Positions 29,197-38,746 of a DNA stretch of 64,000 bases are shown in pieces. A program made the translations under genes and the position numbers. The first letter of the stretch is position 1; every line of letters begins with the position of its first letter. Origin of the DNA: Patescibacteria group bacterium (GTDB lineage Bacteria; Patescibacteriota; Minisyncoccia; Phycocordibacterales; XYD1-FULL-46-19); assembly GCA_048617235.1 (NCBI GenBank), contig JBMCHT010000002.1, positions 63,899 through 127,898 of the forward strand. Direction: 5' to 3'. The notes beneath the pieces were generated by a model, which was given only the letters and a program-made list of their open reading frames with translations, made no database searches and was not told the DNA's origin.

Positions 29197-29236
29197 TACG
29201 GCTGAATTGTGCCACAAAACAAAACTGATTGCAAAA

Positions 29237-31963
29237 TTAAACAGCTGTTTTTTGAATCTCTCGACCGGCTTGTTTGGTTTTATAACTTTTTTTCAATTCT
29301 ATTTTAGGCTGATTATCTTTAAGAGAAATCTTGACTATACCACCATTTTCCACTTGCCTGGCTATTATAAATTCTGCCACTTTGTTTAAAATTTTACTTT
29401 GCAATAATCTTTTTATCGGTCGCGCTCCGTATTCGGGATTATAACCGGCCTGAGCCAAATGCTCTGTTAATTCTTTGGTTACTTCCAATTTTATACCTTT
29501 AAGAGCCAATCGTTTTTTAATAATATCCATTTGTAGTTCCACAATTTCTGTAATAATAGATTGAGGTAAGGGTTTAAAGACAACTGTCTCATCCAAACGA
29601 TTCAAAAACTCCGGTCGAAAATGGTTTTTGAGAGAATCATTTATTTTTTCTTTAGCCGTTTCAAAATCCGATTCATCCGTCTTTTCCGAAAAACCAACTT
29701 GTTTAAATTGTTTTAAATATTGGCTACCAATATTGGAGGTCATAATAATAATGGTATTTTTAAAATTAACCACTCGTCCTTTATTATCTGTTAGGCGACC
29801 ATTATCTAAAACTTGAAGCAGAATATTAAAAACTTCCGGATGAGCTTTTTCTATTTCATCTAATAATAAAACTGAATATGGTCGGTGACGAATAGTTTCA
29901 GTTAACTTTCCACCTTCATCATAACCGACATAACCTGGAGCCGAGCCGATTAATTTGGAAATTGAATATTTTTCCATATATTCGGACATATCCAAACGAA
30001 CCAAGGCTTTTTCATCATCAAATAAAAATTCAGCCAAAGTTCGAGCTAATTCAGTCTTACCAACCCCAGTCGGACCTAAAAAGATAAAAGAACCAATTGG
30101 CCGATCAGGATCAGCTACTCCGGCTCGAGATCGCCGAACAGCTTCGGTTACTTTTTGAATCGCTTCTTCTTGACCTCTAACCCTTTTACTCAAATGATCT
30201 TCCATTTGAGATAATTTTTCCGATTCGGATTTTAGCATCCGAGTAACCGGCACCCCTGTCCAGCGAGCTACCACTTTGGCTATCTCTTCTTCCCCTACTT
30301 CTTCTTTTAATATTTGTCTGGCACTCTGCAAGCGCTTTAATCTGGCTTCTTTATTTTTTAAATCTTTTTCAGCTTCCGGAATTAAACCATAACGAATTTC
30401 AGCCGCTCTGGTTAAATCCGAACGAACTTCCGCTTGACCGGCTTCTGCTCTCCAAGCTTCCGCTTTTTCTTTTATTTTTCTAATTTCTCCAATTAAAGAT
30501 TTTTCATTTTGCCATTTCAATTCCAACTCTCTGGTTTTTTCATGTAAATTACCAATTTCTCTTTCCACTTCTTTTAATCTACTGCGATTACCGGCATTGC
30601 CTCTTTTGGCTTCTATTTCTTTCTTTAGAGCCGCTTTTTCTACCTCTAATTTCATTATCTCGCGACCGGAATTTTCTAATTCAACCGGCTTGTTTTCCAA
30701 TTCCAATCTTAAAGCCGAAGAGGCTTCATCTACTAAATCTATAGCTTTATCCGGCAAAAATCTATCTGTAATATACCGACGAGACAAATCTACCGCCATG
30801 ATTAAAGCATCATCGGTAATTTTTACCCCATGATGAAGCTCATACCTTTCTTTCAAACCTCGCAAAATAGCCAAAGTATCATCCGGAGAAGGTTCTTCCA
30901 CAAAAATTGGCTGAAAACGACGAGTAAGGGCTTGGTCTTTTTCTATATGTTTTTGATATTCTTTCAAAGTGGTAGCACCAATCACACGCAATCCTCCTCG
31001 AGCCAAAGCCGGTTTTAACATATTAGAGGCATCAATAGCTCCTTCGGCTGAACCGGCTCCCACTACTGTATGCAACTCATCAATAAACATAATAATTCTA
31101 CCCTCAGCTCTTTCTATTTCTTTTAAAATATTTTTTAACCTATCTTCAAATTCACCTCGATACTTAGTCCCGGCCAACAATAAACCCATATCTAAACAAA
31201 CTATATCTTTATCTGCTAATGACTCCGGAGCATCACCTAAAACAATTCTATTAGCTAAACCTTCAGCAATAGCCGTTTTACCGGTACCGGCTTCACCAAT
31301 TAAAATAGGATTATTTTTTGTGCGTCGAGCTAAAATTTCCATAATCCTTCTAATTTCCTTATCCCGACCAATTACCGGATCTAATTTATCTTGCCGAGCC
31401 AAGTCTGTCAGATTTTTAGTGTATCGTTCTATAGCTTTAAATTTTTTGGGCTGATCTTCCATCGAAACATCACCTGATCGTAATTCTTCCACTACCTGCC
31501 AAACCGCTTCTTTGGTTAAACGAAAACGATTCAAAACCTCACGAGCCGGACCGGGTATATCTAATAAAGCCAATAATAAATGTTCAGTAGAGATAAACTC
31601 ATCATTTAAGTGATTAGCGGTTTTACCGGCGGAATCGAATACTCGAACCAATTCCGGTGTTATATATATCTGATAAGAAGGGGCCGACACTGTTCCGGTT
31701 TCTGTAGACTCCATGGTATCTAAAAGATAATCTGTCATCATAATAGAATCCACTTCCAGACGATCTATAATAGACACTACCGTACTTTCTTCAATCAAAA
31801 GTAAAGCCGCCAACAAATGTATGGGATTAACATGGTTTTGACCGCGTTCTATAGCCAGCTCATGAGCTTTACGAATAGCCTCTCTGGCTTTAGCGGTATA
31901 ATTGTGAAAAGGGGGCATTGACATAATACTTTTATTATAAAACAAAAACCTAGTTAGAGTCAA
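29237..31963 (-). CDS. clpB: ATP-dependent chaperone ClpB
   Basis: Two AAA+ modules (GEAGTGKTAI, GPTGVGKTEL), the middle coiled-coil and a Clp N-domain. Confidence 0.95.
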   Translation of the reverse strand: MTLTRFLFYNKSIMSMPPFHNYTAKAREAIRKAHELAIERGQNHVNPIHLLAALLLIEESTVVSIIDRLEVDSIMMTDYLLDTMESTETGTVSAPSYQIYITPELVRVFDSAGKTANHLNDEFISTEHLLLALLDIPGPAREVLNRFRLTKEAVWQVVEELRSGDVSMEDQPKKFKAIERYTKNLTDLARQDKLDPVIGRDKEIRRIMEILARRTKNNPILIGEAGTGKTAIAEGLANRIVLGDAPESLADKDIVCLDMGLLLAGTKYRGEFEDRLKNILKEIERAEGRIIMFIDELHTVVGAGSAEGAIDASNMLKPALARGGLRVIGATTLKEYQKHIEKDQALTRRFQPIFVEEPSPDDTLAILRGLKERYELHHGVKITDDALIMAVDLSRRYITDRFLPDKAIDLVDEASSALRLELENKPVELENSGREIMKLEVEKAALKKEIEAKRGNAGNRSRLKEVEREIGNLHEKTRELELKWQNEKSLIGEIRKIKEKAEAWRAEAGQAEVRSDLTRAAEIRYGLIPEAEKDLKNKEARLKRLQSARQILKEEVGEEEIAKVVARWTGVPVTRMLKSESEKLSQMEDHLSKRVRGQEEAIQKVTEAVRRSRAGVADPDRPIGSFIFLGPTGVGKTELARTLAEFLFDDEKALVRLDMSEYMEKYSISKLIGSAPGYVGYDEGGKLTETIRHRPYSVLLLDEIEKAHPEVFNILLQVLDNGRLTDNKGRVVNFKNTIIIMTSNIGSQYLKQFKQVGFSEKTDESDFETAKEKINDSLKNHFRPEFLNRLDETVVFKPLPQSIITEIVELQMDIIKKRLALKGIKLEVTKELTEHLAQAGYNPEYGARPIKRLLQSKILNKVAEFIIARQVENGGIVKISLKDNQPKIELKKSYKTKQAGREIQKTAV

Positions 31964-32792
31964 CTAAAGTAGTTAAGGCTTCTTGATTAATAGTTAATTG
32001 TTGACCCCAAATCAAACCCAAAATGTCACCTTGAATATTTACAATCGAGCCACCTATATTATTTTCAGTAGCGGCATTGGTTCTGAATCCGCCTCCGGCT
32101 GAAGCCGGACCGGAAGACATTAAAGCGGAAACAATACTGACTGATACTTGATGGCCACTACTGCCGGAACCGATACCAATTACCGTCTGACCAATAACCG
32201 GACTATCATCACTCCACTCCAAAGTAGGTATATCTTCCCACATACTAATTAATTCGTCATCAGATGAATCTAAAAATAAAACAACTATTCCGTTGTCTTT
32301 TTCTGTTTTTACAGGAAAGCGTTGACCGGTTTCCGTCACCGCTTCCAATTTAATTATTTCCTTTTCCAAATCAAAATGCTTACTCACTACCAAATTTTGA
32401 TTATCAATCTTAACTTTAAAAGCAGTATTTGTCCAAATCTCTTTTATCTCTGTTTCTGTCTTATCTGTTTCTTCTTCCTCTTCATCAGGTTCTACTTCAA
32501 TCTCAACTGTAGCCACTAAAGCCATGATTGATGGTGAAACTTTATTAATAGCTTTAACAATTAATTCTTCTTCAGTTACCACCATTGGTACTTCTTGAAC
32601 AACTGTCGTTACTTCTGGCTCCTCAGGCACCACTTTTTCCACTGTCCTTTCTACCACTCGATTAACTGTTTGAGAAACTCCGGTTGGTGCCTGATCCATT
32701 AAAGATACGGTTACAATTCCGGTAGCGATTGAAGTAACAAAACTAATCAATAAGGTTAAAAGAATTATTTGGTTTTTGTTTAGCTCTTCCAT
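31950..32792 (-). CDS. Hypothetical membrane-anchored protein with a degenerate trypsin-like C-terminal region
   Basis: An N-terminal TM; the C-terminal IGIGSGSSGH...NNIGGSIVNIQGDILGLIWG resembles the GDSGGP region of S1 peptidases but lacks the Ser. It overlaps the clpB start by 14 nt. Confidence 0.4.
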   Translation of the reverse strand: MEELNKNQIILLTLLISFVTSIATGIVTVSLMDQAPTGVSQTVNRVVERTVEKVVPEEPEVTTVVQEVPMVVTEEELIVKAINKVSPSIMALVATVEIEVEPDEEEEETDKTETEIKEIWTNTAFKVKIDNQNLVVSKHFDLEKEIIKLEAVTETGQRFPVKTEKDNGIVVLFLDSSDDELISMWEDIPTLEWSDDSPVIGQTVIGIGSGSSGHQVSVSIVSALMSSGPASAGGGFRTNAATENNIGGSIVNIQGDILGLIWGQQLTINQEALTTLVDSN

Positions 32793-32831
32793 AAGCTAAT
32801 AATATGGTTATTTCGTATTGAATGCAAATTT

Positions 32832-33446
32832 TTAATTTAAATGAATTAAATATATTTCATTAACTTTTTCCCAGTTGACTATCGGCCAAAAAGCATCTAT
32901 ATAATCCGACCGCCGATTACGATATTTAAGATAATAGGCATGTTCCCAAACATCCAAATTAAAAAGCGGTTGCCGACCAACCGTTAAAGGGCAGAATTGA
33001 TTGGCTCCGGTTTCTATCTGTAATTGCCCATCAACTTTTAAAGTAAGCCAAGCCCAGCCGGAACCAAACTGCCCCATAGCCGCTTGACTGAATTTATTTT
33101 TAAATTCTTCAAAAGAACCAAAAGTGGCCTCAATCGCCTGACCTATTTCCCCTGTCGGTTGCTTATTATCTTGACCGGCCGGAGCTAAAATCTGCCAAAA
33201 AAGACTGTGATTATAATGACCGCCCCCGTGATTACCAACAGCTGTTTTAATTGGTTCCGGCCAATCGGCTTTAATTAGTAAATCTTTTATAGACAATTGT
33301 GCCAATTCCGGATAATTTTCCAAAGCTTGGTTTAATTTATCTATATAACTTTGATGATGCTTACCATGATGTAGTCTCATAGTTTCTTCATCAAAATAGG
33401 GTTCTAAATCGGCATAGCCGTAATCTAATGAAGGTAAAGTGTGCAT
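32832..33446 (-). CDS. Fe/Mn superoxide dismutase
   Basis: LPYAYDALEP-like N-terminus (LPSLDYGYADLEPY), HHGKHHQSYI and the C-terminal DVWEHAYY motif. Confidence 0.9.
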   Translation of the reverse strand: MHTLPSLDYGYADLEPYFDEETMRLHHGKHHQSYIDKLNQALENYPELAQLSIKDLLIKADWPEPIKTAVGNHGGGHYNHSLFWQILAPAGQDNKQPTGEIGQAIEATFGSFEEFKNKFSQAAMGQFGSGWAWLTLKVDGQLQIETGANQFCPLTVGRQPLFNLDVWEHAYYLKYRNRRSDYIDAFWPIVNWEKVNEIYLIHLN

Positions 33447-33495
33447 AAAAAATTTTTATTAATTTTATTAAAGAAATTATTATTTTAACATATAA

Positions 33496-34683
33496 TTAAA
33501 ACCAAGTTGAAGCTTTTCTGATCAGATCAACTTGATGTTTTATTTTCTCCGCTCCACAATCTATATCTTCCTTGGAAGTATCTTCACCTAAACTGATTCG
33601 AATAGCCGAACCGGCTCTTTCAGCTCCGGCCACCGCCGTTACAACATAAGAATCTTCTAAACGACCACCGCCGGCCAAACAAGCCGAACCGGCCGAAACC
33701 GCCAACCCTAAAGCATCCAAACCCACCACCAAATCTTCCGACTTAACTTCTTTGAAGGAAATGTTTAAATTATTAGGTAAACGATTTTTTAAATCGCTAT
33801 TAAGATAACAATCAGAAATTTGAGTTTTTAATTTATGCCATAATTGATCACGAAGAGAAGATAAAAAAGTAGCACTTTCCACTCGCTTAGACCAAACCGC
33901 TTCCAAAGCCAAAGCCAAACCAAAAGCTCTAACCGGATCTTCCGTTCCGGCTCTTAAACCAAATTCTTGCTGACCACCACTTATAACAGATTTTAAAGGC
34001 AAACCCTCTTTGATTGTTAATAAACCAGTTCCATGAGGACCGTATATTTTTGAACCGTTTAAACTAACCATATCCACTCCCAATCTTTCGGGTCTAATAT
34101 CTAAAAAACGAGCCCCCTGACAAGCATCAGTATGCAATACTGGATAATAACTACTCGGACGACGACTAGCCACAACCACCCGACTGATAGCTGCCATGTC
34201 TTGAATTGTTCCGATCTCATTATTAGCCAAAGCAATGGAAACCAAAGCAGTTTCTGTTTTAAGTTCTGTTTCTAATTGTTCAATTTTAATACGGCCGGAT
34301 TTATCTACCGGTAAATAAACCACTTGCCAGCCTGCTTCAGCTAAACGAGAAATTGGTTCCAAAACAGACTTATGTTCTATTTCAGTAGTAATAATTTTAC
34401 CTTTATCCTTTGGCCAAGCGGTTGCCATTCCTAAAACAGCCAAATTATTAGCCTCCGTCCCTCCGGAAGTAAAAATAATATCTTTATTTTTTACCTCTAA
34501 TAAGCCGGCTATTTTGTTTCTGGCTTTCTCTAATAATTCTTTGGCTATACGTCCCTCTTGATGTAATGCTGAAGGATTAGCCCAAGCAGAAGAAGAATAT
34601 TGGAGCATAATCTCCAATATTTCCGGCCGGCAAAAAGTGGCCGCTGCCGTATCCCAATAAATTCTTTTATTTTTATTTGTCAT
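33496..34683 (-). CDS. Cysteine desulfurase (class V aminotransferase, IscS/NifS-like)
   Basis: FTSGGTEANN, a PLP-Lys region SLNGSKIYGPHGTGLL and an active-site Cys loop SAGSAC. Confidence 0.85.
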   Translation of the reverse strand: MTNKNKRIYWDTAAATFCRPEILEIMLQYSSSAWANPSALHQEGRIAKELLEKARNKIAGLLEVKNKDIIFTSGGTEANNLAVLGMATAWPKDKGKIITTEIEHKSVLEPISRLAEAGWQVVYLPVDKSGRIKIEQLETELKTETALVSIALANNEIGTIQDMAAISRVVVASRRPSSYYPVLHTDACQGARFLDIRPERLGVDMVSLNGSKIYGPHGTGLLTIKEGLPLKSVISGGQQEFGLRAGTEDPVRAFGLALALEAVWSKRVESATFLSSLRDQLWHKLKTQISDCYLNSDLKNRLPNNLNISFKEVKSEDLVVGLDALGLAVSAGSACLAGGGRLEDSYVVTAVAGAERAGSAIRISLGEDTSKEDIDCGAEKIKHQVDLIRKASTWF

Positions 34684-34790
34684 CTAAATAGTTTAACAGG
34701 GTAAAAAAGCTTTGCAAATATTGAATAAATTCGCTATGATAGAAAAACAACAATTGACAAAGACAATTCTTAATTGTTCATTTTTAAATT

Positions 34791-36329
34791 ATGTCCAAAA
34801 CTTCAGCTAAAAATAAAAACAATCTCCAACCCCGACCACCAATAGTAGTGGTAGCCGGGCATATTGATCATGGCAAGTCCACTTTATTGGATTATATTCG
34901 TCAAAGCAGTATAGTGGCTAAAGAAGCCGGAGGAATTACTCAACATTTGGGCGCTTATGAAGTAAAACATAAAACTCAAGAAGGAAAAGACAGAATGATT
35001 ACTTTTTTAGATACCCCAGGGCACGAAGACTTTGGAACTATTAGAATTAGGGGAGCTAATCTTTCAGATATAGCCATTTTAATTATCTCGGCTGAAGAAG
35101 GAGTTAAGCCTCAAACCATAGAAACAATCAAGGTTTTAAAAGAAACCGAAACTCCTTTCTTGGTAGCTTTTAATAAAATAGACAGACCAACTGCCAATCC
35201 TGAAAAAATAAAACAAGAATTGGCCGAACAAGAGGTTTTAGTGGAAAGCTGGGGTGGCGATATACCCACAGTAGAAATTTCCGCCAAAACCGGTCAAGGA
35301 ATAGATAATCTTTTAGAAGTATTATGCTTAATGGCAGACATGGCCGAGTTAACCACCAACCCCCTTGATGATCTCCAAGCTACAGTTATAGAAACCCATA
35401 TGGATCCACAAACCGGACCAACAATAACAGCTATTATAACAGACGGGACTTTACAGCTGGGGCAATTTATCGGGGCTAATGGTCAAATCGCCAAGATTAA
35501 AAAAATAGAAAACGATAAACAAGAAAGTTTAACCAAAGCTGAAGCCAGTACTCCGGTTAAAATTTTCGGCTTTTCCTGTTTACCGATAGTTGGTTCAAAT
35601 ATTATAGCTCTAAAAGATAAAAAAACAGCCGGAAAATATGCCAAAGACTTTAAAACCGATGAAGATTCTACAACAAGCTGTATGGAAAAAACAGAAAAGA
35701 ATCTAGACATCCCGATTATTATTAAAGCCGATACCGCCGGTTGTTTGGAAGCTATAATTGCTAAAATAAATAAAATCAATCAAGAAACAGACACTCAAGT
35801 TAAGCTAAAAATGGTTTGTTCCGCTTGTGGAAATATCACCGATAACGATATTAAACTACTTTTGGGTTCTAAAGATACCGGATTAGCTACCGGTTTTAAT
35901 GTTAAAATAGAAAAATCAGCTCAAGATATAGCAGATAGATATAATATTAGATTGGCTACTTTTGATATTATCTACGAACTGACCGATTGGCTAAAAGAAC
36001 AAATGAAAAATTTAGACGATACCGCCGGCCAAGAAAAAGTTATGGGTCAGGCTACCATTTTAAAATGTTTTAACTCTAAAGTCGGAAAACAAGTAGCCGG
36101 AGGACAAGTGACAGAAGGAATTATTAGCCGTCGCCTACCTTTAAAAATTAAAAGAGGTGAAGAAATAATCGGGGTTGGGAAAATTTCCAATTTGGAAATA
36201 AACAAAAGCTCAGCCGAAGAAGTATCCGATAAAGATCAATTTGGAATTCAAATAGATACCAAAACAGAGATTCAACCTCAAGATATTATTATATCTTTTA
36301 AACCACCGGTAACCGATGGTCAAAAATAA
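34791..36329 (+). CDS. infB: Translation initiation factor IF-2 (N-terminally short form)
   Basis: G-domain motifs AGHIDHGKST, DTPGHEDF and NKID, followed by beta-barrel domains. Confidence 0.9.
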   Translation: MSKTSAKNKNNLQPRPPIVVVAGHIDHGKSTLLDYIRQSSIVAKEAGGITQHLGAYEVKHKTQEGKDRMITFLDTPGHEDFGTIRIRGANLSDIAILIISAEEGVKPQTIETIKVLKETETPFLVAFNKIDRPTANPEKIKQELAEQEVLVESWGGDIPTVEISAKTGQGIDNLLEVLCLMADMAELTTNPLDDLQATVIETHMDPQTGPTITAIITDGTLQLGQFIGANGQIAKIKKIENDKQESLTKAEASTPVKIFGFSCLPIVGSNIIALKDKKTAGKYAKDFKTDEDSTTSCMEKTEKNLDIPIIIKADTAGCLEAIIAKINKINQETDTQVKLKMVCSACGNITDNDIKLLLGSKDTGLATGFNVKIEKSAQDIADRYNIRLATFDIIYELTDWLKEQMKNLDDTAGQEKVMGQATILKCFNSKVGKQVAGGQVTEGIISRRLPLKIKRGEEIIGVGKISNLEINKSSAEEVSDKDQFGIQIDTKTEIQPQDIIISFKPPVTDGQK

Positions 36330-36355
36330 TCTTCTGTGTAATAATAAAACGGTTT

Positions 36356-36664
36356 ATGAATAATGATGCTTTTTCAAAAAGAAAAAAAAGACTGGAACAT
36401 ATTATTATTCATCGAACAGCTGAGTTCTTAAACAAAGAAGCCGGTCGTCGCAGTTTAATTACCGTAACCGCTTGTCATTTAAATGAAAATATAACTAAAG
36501 CAGTTATCTTCTTATCTGTTTACCCGGTTGAAGATTTGGGATCGGCTCTGGCTTTTGCCAGGCGTAAAGCCAGAGTTATAAACAATTATATCAAAGAAAC
36601 CGGAAATTTAGACAGGGTGCCAAAATTAGAAATTTTACCGACCGAAGATTCTTTAACAAAATAA
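36356..36664 (+). CDS. rbfA: Ribosome-binding factor A
   Basis: A KH-like RbfA pattern (RLEHIIIHRTAEFL...ITVTACHLNENITKAVIFLSV) immediately downstream of infB, as in the canonical operon. Confidence 0.7.
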   Translation: MNNDAFSKRKKRLEHIIIHRTAEFLNKEAGRRSLITVTACHLNENITKAVIFLSVYPVEDLGSALAFARRKARVINNYIKETGNLDRVPKLEILPTEDSLTK

Positions 36665-36669
36665 AAACC

Positions 36670-36744
36670 GGCACGGTGGTGAAGTGGTAACACAGCGGTC
36701 TGCAAAACCGCGATGCGCGGGTTCGATTCCCGCCCGTGCCTCCA
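36670..36744 (+). tRNA. tRNA-Cys (anticodon GCA), CCA encoded
   Basis: Hand-folded: acceptor GGCACGG/CCGTGCC, anticodon arm GCGGT-CTGCAAA-ACCGC. Confidence 0.85.
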
Positions 36745-36789
36745 AACACTTTCCGAATTTATTTTTTTTTGCTAAAGTATATATACCCT

Positions 36790-36871
36790 GCTCGGGTGGC
36801 GGAACTGGTATACGCGCACGACTTAAAATCGTGTGCCGCAAGGCGTGCGGGTTCGATTCCCGCCCCGAGCA
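36790..36871 (+). tRNA. tRNA-Leu (anticodon TAA)
   Basis: Hand-folded: acceptor GCTCGGG/CCCGAGC, anticodon arm CACGA-CTTAAAA-TCGTG, and a long variable arm. Confidence 0.8.
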
Positions 36872-36879
36872 CAAAAAAA

Positions 36880-36905
36880 TCGGCGCTTATTTAAGCGCCG
36901 AGGCA
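36880..36905 (-). terminator. Rho-independent terminator of the 90-aa ORF
   Basis: The minus strand reads cctcGGCGCTTaaatAAGCGCCgattttttt. Confidence 0.55.
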
Positions 36906-37159
36906 AACAGTCGGAAAACGAGGTAACCAAGCATCCCCGCCATCACGACCGTTATGAGTGATTCCAGCAACTCCGGTGCAAACCGGAGTAAGAACCAAAG
37001 AATTCCTAGTCCAACCAACCACGGAGTGGCCCATTGGATAAGAGTCCTCAGCCCCCGGCCAATTCCCGTCGCCACTTCCCGAATCAGGTCGGCTATCAAA
37101 CCGACCCAAAACAAACAAAAACCTCTTAAGATATTCATAGCTTTCTCCTTTCCCTGCAC
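36887..37159 (-). CDS. Small 2-TM membrane protein
   Basis: 90 aa at about 55% GC, followed by its own terminator. An alternative start MNILRG lies at 37138. Confidence 0.45.
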   Translation of the reverse strand: MQGKEKAMNILRGFCLFWVGLIADLIREVATGIGRGLRTLIQWATPWLVGLGILWFLLRFAPELLESLITVVMAGMLGYLVFRLFASALK

Positions 37160-37292
37160 TTTAAGTGCTTTGAATTCTTTTTACAGAAAAACATAGTTAT
37201 ATAAAATTGTCAAATAGTCTGGAATTGATCTTTCTTATCGGTTATAATTAACTAAAGGTCATTTATTTTATTAAATTTAAAATAATTATTTT

Positions 37293-37520
37293 ATGCCGAC
37301 ACTTTTTGCTATTGTTTTTTATCTTTTATTAATAGACAGTTTAGGAGCGGTTTTAGTAGCTTGGTTTGGTTGGGGAGATAATTGGTATTATAAAAATCTA
37401 CCTAGTTTTTCTCGCTTTTTTCCTTTATCCAAAGGTTGGGTTAGTTACTACTTAATCTGGTCCTTGTGGTTGGGAATTGTTTTGTGGTATTTTGAAGTCT
37501 TGCCGTGGCCGGGAATGTAA
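37293..37520 (+). CDS. Small Trp-rich membrane protein
   Basis: 75 aa with two hydrophobic segments, AT-rich. Confidence 0.35.
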   Translation: MPTLFAIVFYLLLIDSLGAVLVAWFGWGDNWYYKNLPSFSRFFPLSKGWVSYYLIWSLWLGIVLWYFEVLPWPGM

Positions 37521-37543
37521 TTTTAATTTAATAATAATTTTAA

Positions 37544-37616
37544 GCCCCGTTAGCTCAGTTGGTAGAGCAGTTGCCTCTTAAGCAAACGGTCGGGGGTTCA
37601 AATCCCTCACGGGGCA
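37544..37616 (+). tRNA. tRNA-Lys (anticodon CTT)
   Basis: Hand-folded: acceptor GCCCCGT/ACGGGGC, anticodon loop CTCTTAA, T-arm GGGGG-TTCAAAT-CCCTC. Confidence 0.75.
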
Positions 37617-37712
37617 CTTTTTTGTTTGACTTTTACCCAAAAAGTTGTATAATTATAAACAGAAACTGGTTGTCGAGCAATAACTGCTCGGCTTTGACAA
37701 AGGAGAAAAAAG

Positions 37713-38744
37713 ATGTGGGAAATTTTTGTGGGAATAATCTTGGCTATCATTCTGACTTCCCCTTTGGAGGTCTGGATTCTGGCTTCTTTCAATCTGGGCT
37801 TTACTTTCATTCGTGAGGGTGAGGCTCGGGCTGTCTTAGTTGGTGACTCATTCCATCGAATCATCATGGCCTACACTGGCCGGGTGATCCTTGAAACCCC
37901 GGTCATGGTGGCTCATTACAAACAAGCCACCGGCCACCAGGAAGCGGATTTGTGGGATATCGTCGAGGCAACAGACGATTTCCCAGAACCGGCTAAAAGC
38001 CGACTGGAGAAATGGTTCGGAATCCGGTGGTACGGCCTGCCACCGTTCCGAAAGATTTTGTCCTACTCCTTCAAGTGGACCGCTCCGGTCCATAATGAGG
38101 GTGAATCCAAAATGCGACCGAGCACAGAAACCCTGTCGCATATCTTCGTCAAAGAGACGTTGTATGCCGACAAGGTTCGGCAGGCGGAGACTTCGGAGGC
38201 ACTCCCAATGGATGTTGAGTACCGGGTTTTGCTTCGGGTCAAAAACCCTTACAAAGCCCTCTTCCAAGTCCATCGCTGGTTGGATGCCACCTTGGATGTG
38301 GTGGGATCAGCCATTAGGGAGTATATTAGTGGAAAAAAATATGAGGATCTCCTGGAGACCTCAGACAAAATTTTTTCAGAGGAAGTACTTAAAAATATCC
38401 CCGAAATCACCAACACCCGCTACGGGGTGGAGGTGCTGAATCTTCGTCTGACAGACATATCGCCGGCCTCAGCCCAAGCCGAAGAATACCGCTTGGCCTC
38501 GACCAAGAAATATGTCGAGGAGCGAGCCGGAGAGGCGGCAGAGGCTCGCGCTAAGGGTGAGTCCGAAGCCATCAAGTTGATGGGTGACGGTGAGGCCAAA
38601 GCCATCAAAGCTAAGGGCCAAGCTCAGGCTGAGGCCTGGCAGGCTCAAGTCAGCCAAGCCGGACCACCTTTGGCCGGTGCCCTCAACCAACTGGTTGAGG
38701 GAATCACCAAGGCAATAATCTCCGTCAGAAAGGGAGGAGAATAG
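37713..38744 (+). CDS. SPFH/band-7 (stomatin/HflK/C-like) membrane protein
   Basis: An N-terminal TM, an SPFH core (EYRVLLRVKNPYKALFQV...) and an Ala/Glu-rich C-terminal coiled coil (EAAEARAKGESEAIKLMGDGEAKAIKAKGQAQAEAW). GC is about 50–60%. Confidence 0.75.
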   Translation: MWEIFVGIILAIILTSPLEVWILASFNLGFTFIREGEARAVLVGDSFHRIIMAYTGRVILETPVMVAHYKQATGHQEADLWDIVEATDDFPEPAKSRLEKWFGIRWYGLPPFRKILSYSFKWTAPVHNEGESKMRPSTETLSHIFVKETLYADKVRQAETSEALPMDVEYRVLLRVKNPYKALFQVHRWLDATLDVVGSAIREYISGKKYEDLLETSDKIFSEEVLKNIPEITNTRYGVEVLNLRLTDISPASAQAEEYRLASTKKYVEERAGEAAEARAKGESEAIKLMGDGEAKAIKAKGQAQAEAWQAQVSQAGPPLAGALNQLVEGITKAIISVRKGGE

Positions 38745-38746
38745 TA

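Noticed and set aside
29628-31454. Plus-strand ORFs inside clpB (29628.., 29955.., 30597.., 30830.., 30969..31454)
   Set aside because: They are antisense to an unmistakable ClpB reading frame.
36653-36926. ORFs 36653..36874 (-) and 36684..36926 (+)
   Set aside because: They completely overlap the tRNA-Cys and tRNA-Leu(TAA) genes and the terminator hairpin, so they are spurious.
37559-37867. ORFs 37559..37816 (+) and 37607..37867 (-)
   Set aside because: They overlap tRNA-Lys and the start of the SPFH gene, and their reading frames are explained by those features.
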